The translations under genes were made by a program, and so were the position numbers. A stretch of 64,000 nucleotides of DNA from an uncultured Candidatus Rokubacteria bacterium (GTDB taxonomy: Bacteria > Methylomirabilota > Methylomirabilia > Rokubacteriales > CSP1-6): assembly GCA_963747235.1 (NCBI GenBank), contig CAVVEU010000008.1, forward strand, positions 256,001 to 320,000. The letters run 5' to 3'. This document shows positions 62,786-64,000 of this stretch, in pieces. A model generated the notes under the pieces. The model saw nothing but the letters and a program-made list of their open reading frames with translations, was not told the origin of the DNA and made no database searches. The number at the start of each line of letters is the position of its first letter. Positions within the stretch are counted from its first letter, which is position 1.

Positions 62786-62820
62786 ACGCCGCCCGACGGC
62801 GCACAGGAGGCATGACCGAC

Positions 62821-63237
62821 ATGGCCTACAGCGACAAGGTGGTCGATCACTACAACAACCCGCGCAACGTGGGGTCCTTCACCAAGGACACCCCGGGCGT
62901 GGGCACGGGGCTGGTGGGCGCGCCGGAGTGCGGCGACGTCATGAAGCTGCAGATCAAGGTCAACGTCGAGACCGGCGTCATCGAGGACGCCAAGTTCAAG
63001 ACGTTCGGCTGCGGCAGCGCCATCGCCTCGTCGAGCCTGGCCACCGAGTGGCTCAAGGGCCGGACGGTGGACGAGGCGGCCAAGATCAAGAACACGGACA
63101 TCGTCAACGAGCTGAAGCTGCCGCCGGTGAAGATCCACTGCTCGGTCCTCGCCGAGGACGCGATCAAGGCCGCGCTCCAGGACTACAAGGAAAAGTGGAG
63201 CGCGAACGAAGCCCCGGCGGGCCGGGACGCGTCCTAA
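62821..63237 (+). CDS. iscU: Fe-S scaffold IscU
   Basis: [40 protein letters not shown]. Confidence 0.95.
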   Translation: MAYSDKVVDHYNNPRNVGSFTKDTPGVGTGLVGAPECGDVMKLQIKVNVETGVIEDAKFKTFGCGSAIASSSLATEWLKGRTVDEAAKIKNTDIVNELKLPPVKIHCSVLAEDAIKAALQDYKEKWSANEAPAGRDAS

Positions 63238-63256
63238 GGAAAGGAGACCGACGCCA

Positions 63257-63586
63257 ATGGCACTGGCACTGACCGAGACGGCGGCGAAGCAGGTCAAGAA
63301 GCTCATGGAGGACGCAGAAGCTGGAGAACTGTCTCCTGCGGATGGGCGTCAAGGGCGGGCGGCTGCTCGGGCCTGTCGTACTCGCTCGAGTTCGACACCG
63401 AGATCGGGCCCCACGACAAGAAGTTCGACATCGACGGGCGTGCAGGTGGTCTGCGACACCAAGAGCTATCTCTACCTGAACGGCACCACGCTCGACTACG
63501 TCACGGAGGGGCTCCAGGGGGGGTTCACCTTCGTCAACCCCAGCGCCAAGTCGAGCTGTGGCTGCGGGACATCGTTCTCGGCCTGA
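63257..63586 (+). CDS. iscA: Fe-S assembly protein IscA, compensating indels
   Basis: [14 protein letters not shown] (shifted frame), [14 protein letters not shown]. Confidence 0.9.
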   Translation: MALALTETAAKQVKKLMEDAEAGELSPADGRQGRAAARACRTRSSSTPRSGPTTRSSTSTGVQVVCDTKSYLYLNGTTLDYVTEGLQGGFTFVNPSAKSSCGCGTSFSA

Positions 63587-63617
63587 GGCCCGCGTGCCGG
63601 CGGGAAGACGACGAACG

Positions 63618-63647
63618 AACGGGCCCGGCCGGGCCCGTTGTTGTTTT
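63618..63647 (+). terminator. Hairpin with T-rich tail between iscA and hscB
   Basis: AACGGGCCC-GGCC-GGGCCCGTT followed by GTTGTTTT. Confidence 0.5.
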
Positions 63648-63664
63648 CGAGACGGAAAGGCGAC

Positions 63665-64000
63665 GTGAGCGACTACTTCACGGTGTTCGGGCTGCCCCGC
63701 AAGCTCGGGGTCGACACGGAGGCGCTGCAGCGGCGATTCTACGAGCTGTCGCGCCAGCATCATCCCGATTTCCACCAGGGGGCGGGCGCCGAGCGCCAGG
63801 CGGAGGCGCTGGGCCAGTCGGCGCTGATCAACCGCGCCTACCGCGCCCTCCGCGACCCGCTCGCGCGCGTCGAGTACCTGATCGCGCTCGAGGAGGGCCG
63901 GGAGGTTCGCGAGGGCGCCACCGACGAAGCCGAAGGCGCCGCGGGAGCTCCTCGAGGAGATGATGGAGGTGCAGGAGGCGCTCGAGGAGGCCAAGGCCGG
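63665..64000 (+). CDS. hscB: Fe-S co-chaperone HscB (partial)
   Basis: DYFTVFGLP, HHPDF, INRAYRALRDP..R.EY. Confidence 0.88.
   Translation, partial: MSDYFTVFGLPRKLGVDTEALQRRFYELSRQHHPDFHQGAGAERQAEALGQSALINRAYRALRDPLARVEYLIALEEGREVREGATDEAEGAAGAPRGDDGGAGGARGGQGR

Noticed and set aside
4300-63450. Dozens of frameshifts suggesting mass pseudogenisation or programmed frameshifting
   Set aside because: They are scattered 1-nt indels in GC runs, including in core genes (lpdA, thrB, hflX, iscA), with motifs intact on both sides. This is typical of unpolished long-read consensus.
1-64000. tRNA (including tRNA-Sec), rRNA, CRISPR array, IS element, integrase or prophage
   Set aside because: No cloverleaf, regularly spaced repeats or transposase/integrase motifs were recognised by eye. 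Intergenic gaps are short; tRNAscan/Infernal would be needed to exclude small RNAs.

Overview
High-GC (~70% by eye), gene-dense bacterial chromosome segment. Gene content (many Liv/Dpp transporters, UGSC proteins, Pup) suggests Methylomirabilota/'Ca. Rokubacteria'; this is inference only. Many genes carry single-base frameshifts, best explained as uncorrected long-read errors. Ordinary content includes a branched-chain ABC transporter, a CP-ATP-grasp/alpha-E/transglutaminase operon, glucan phosphorylase, NDH-2, hflX, a peptide ABC transporter with dtnK/pdxA, tlpA-ccdA, a 2-oxoacid dehydrogenase operon, thrB, dcd, a MoxR-DUF58-VWA-TPR operon and the start of an isc operon. The ORF track misses or splits the most interesting features. 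(1) Four probable selenoproteins, each with an in-frame TGA followed by a similar SECIS-like hairpin: two UGSC proteins (one fused to, one adjacent to, the same uncharacterised ~350-aa partner, with a Sec motif resembling glycine/proline reductase selenoprotein B), a Sec-type SelD and a UxxC glutaredoxin. (2) A SenB-like GT4 glycosyltransferase 500 bp from selD with no senA/egtB. (3) A Pup gene with no proteasome genes nearby. (4) An IscS lacking both the PLP lysine and the PLP-stacking histidine. (5) A GalT homologue lacking its nucleophilic histidine. No rRNA, tRNA, CRISPR array or mobile element was recognised.
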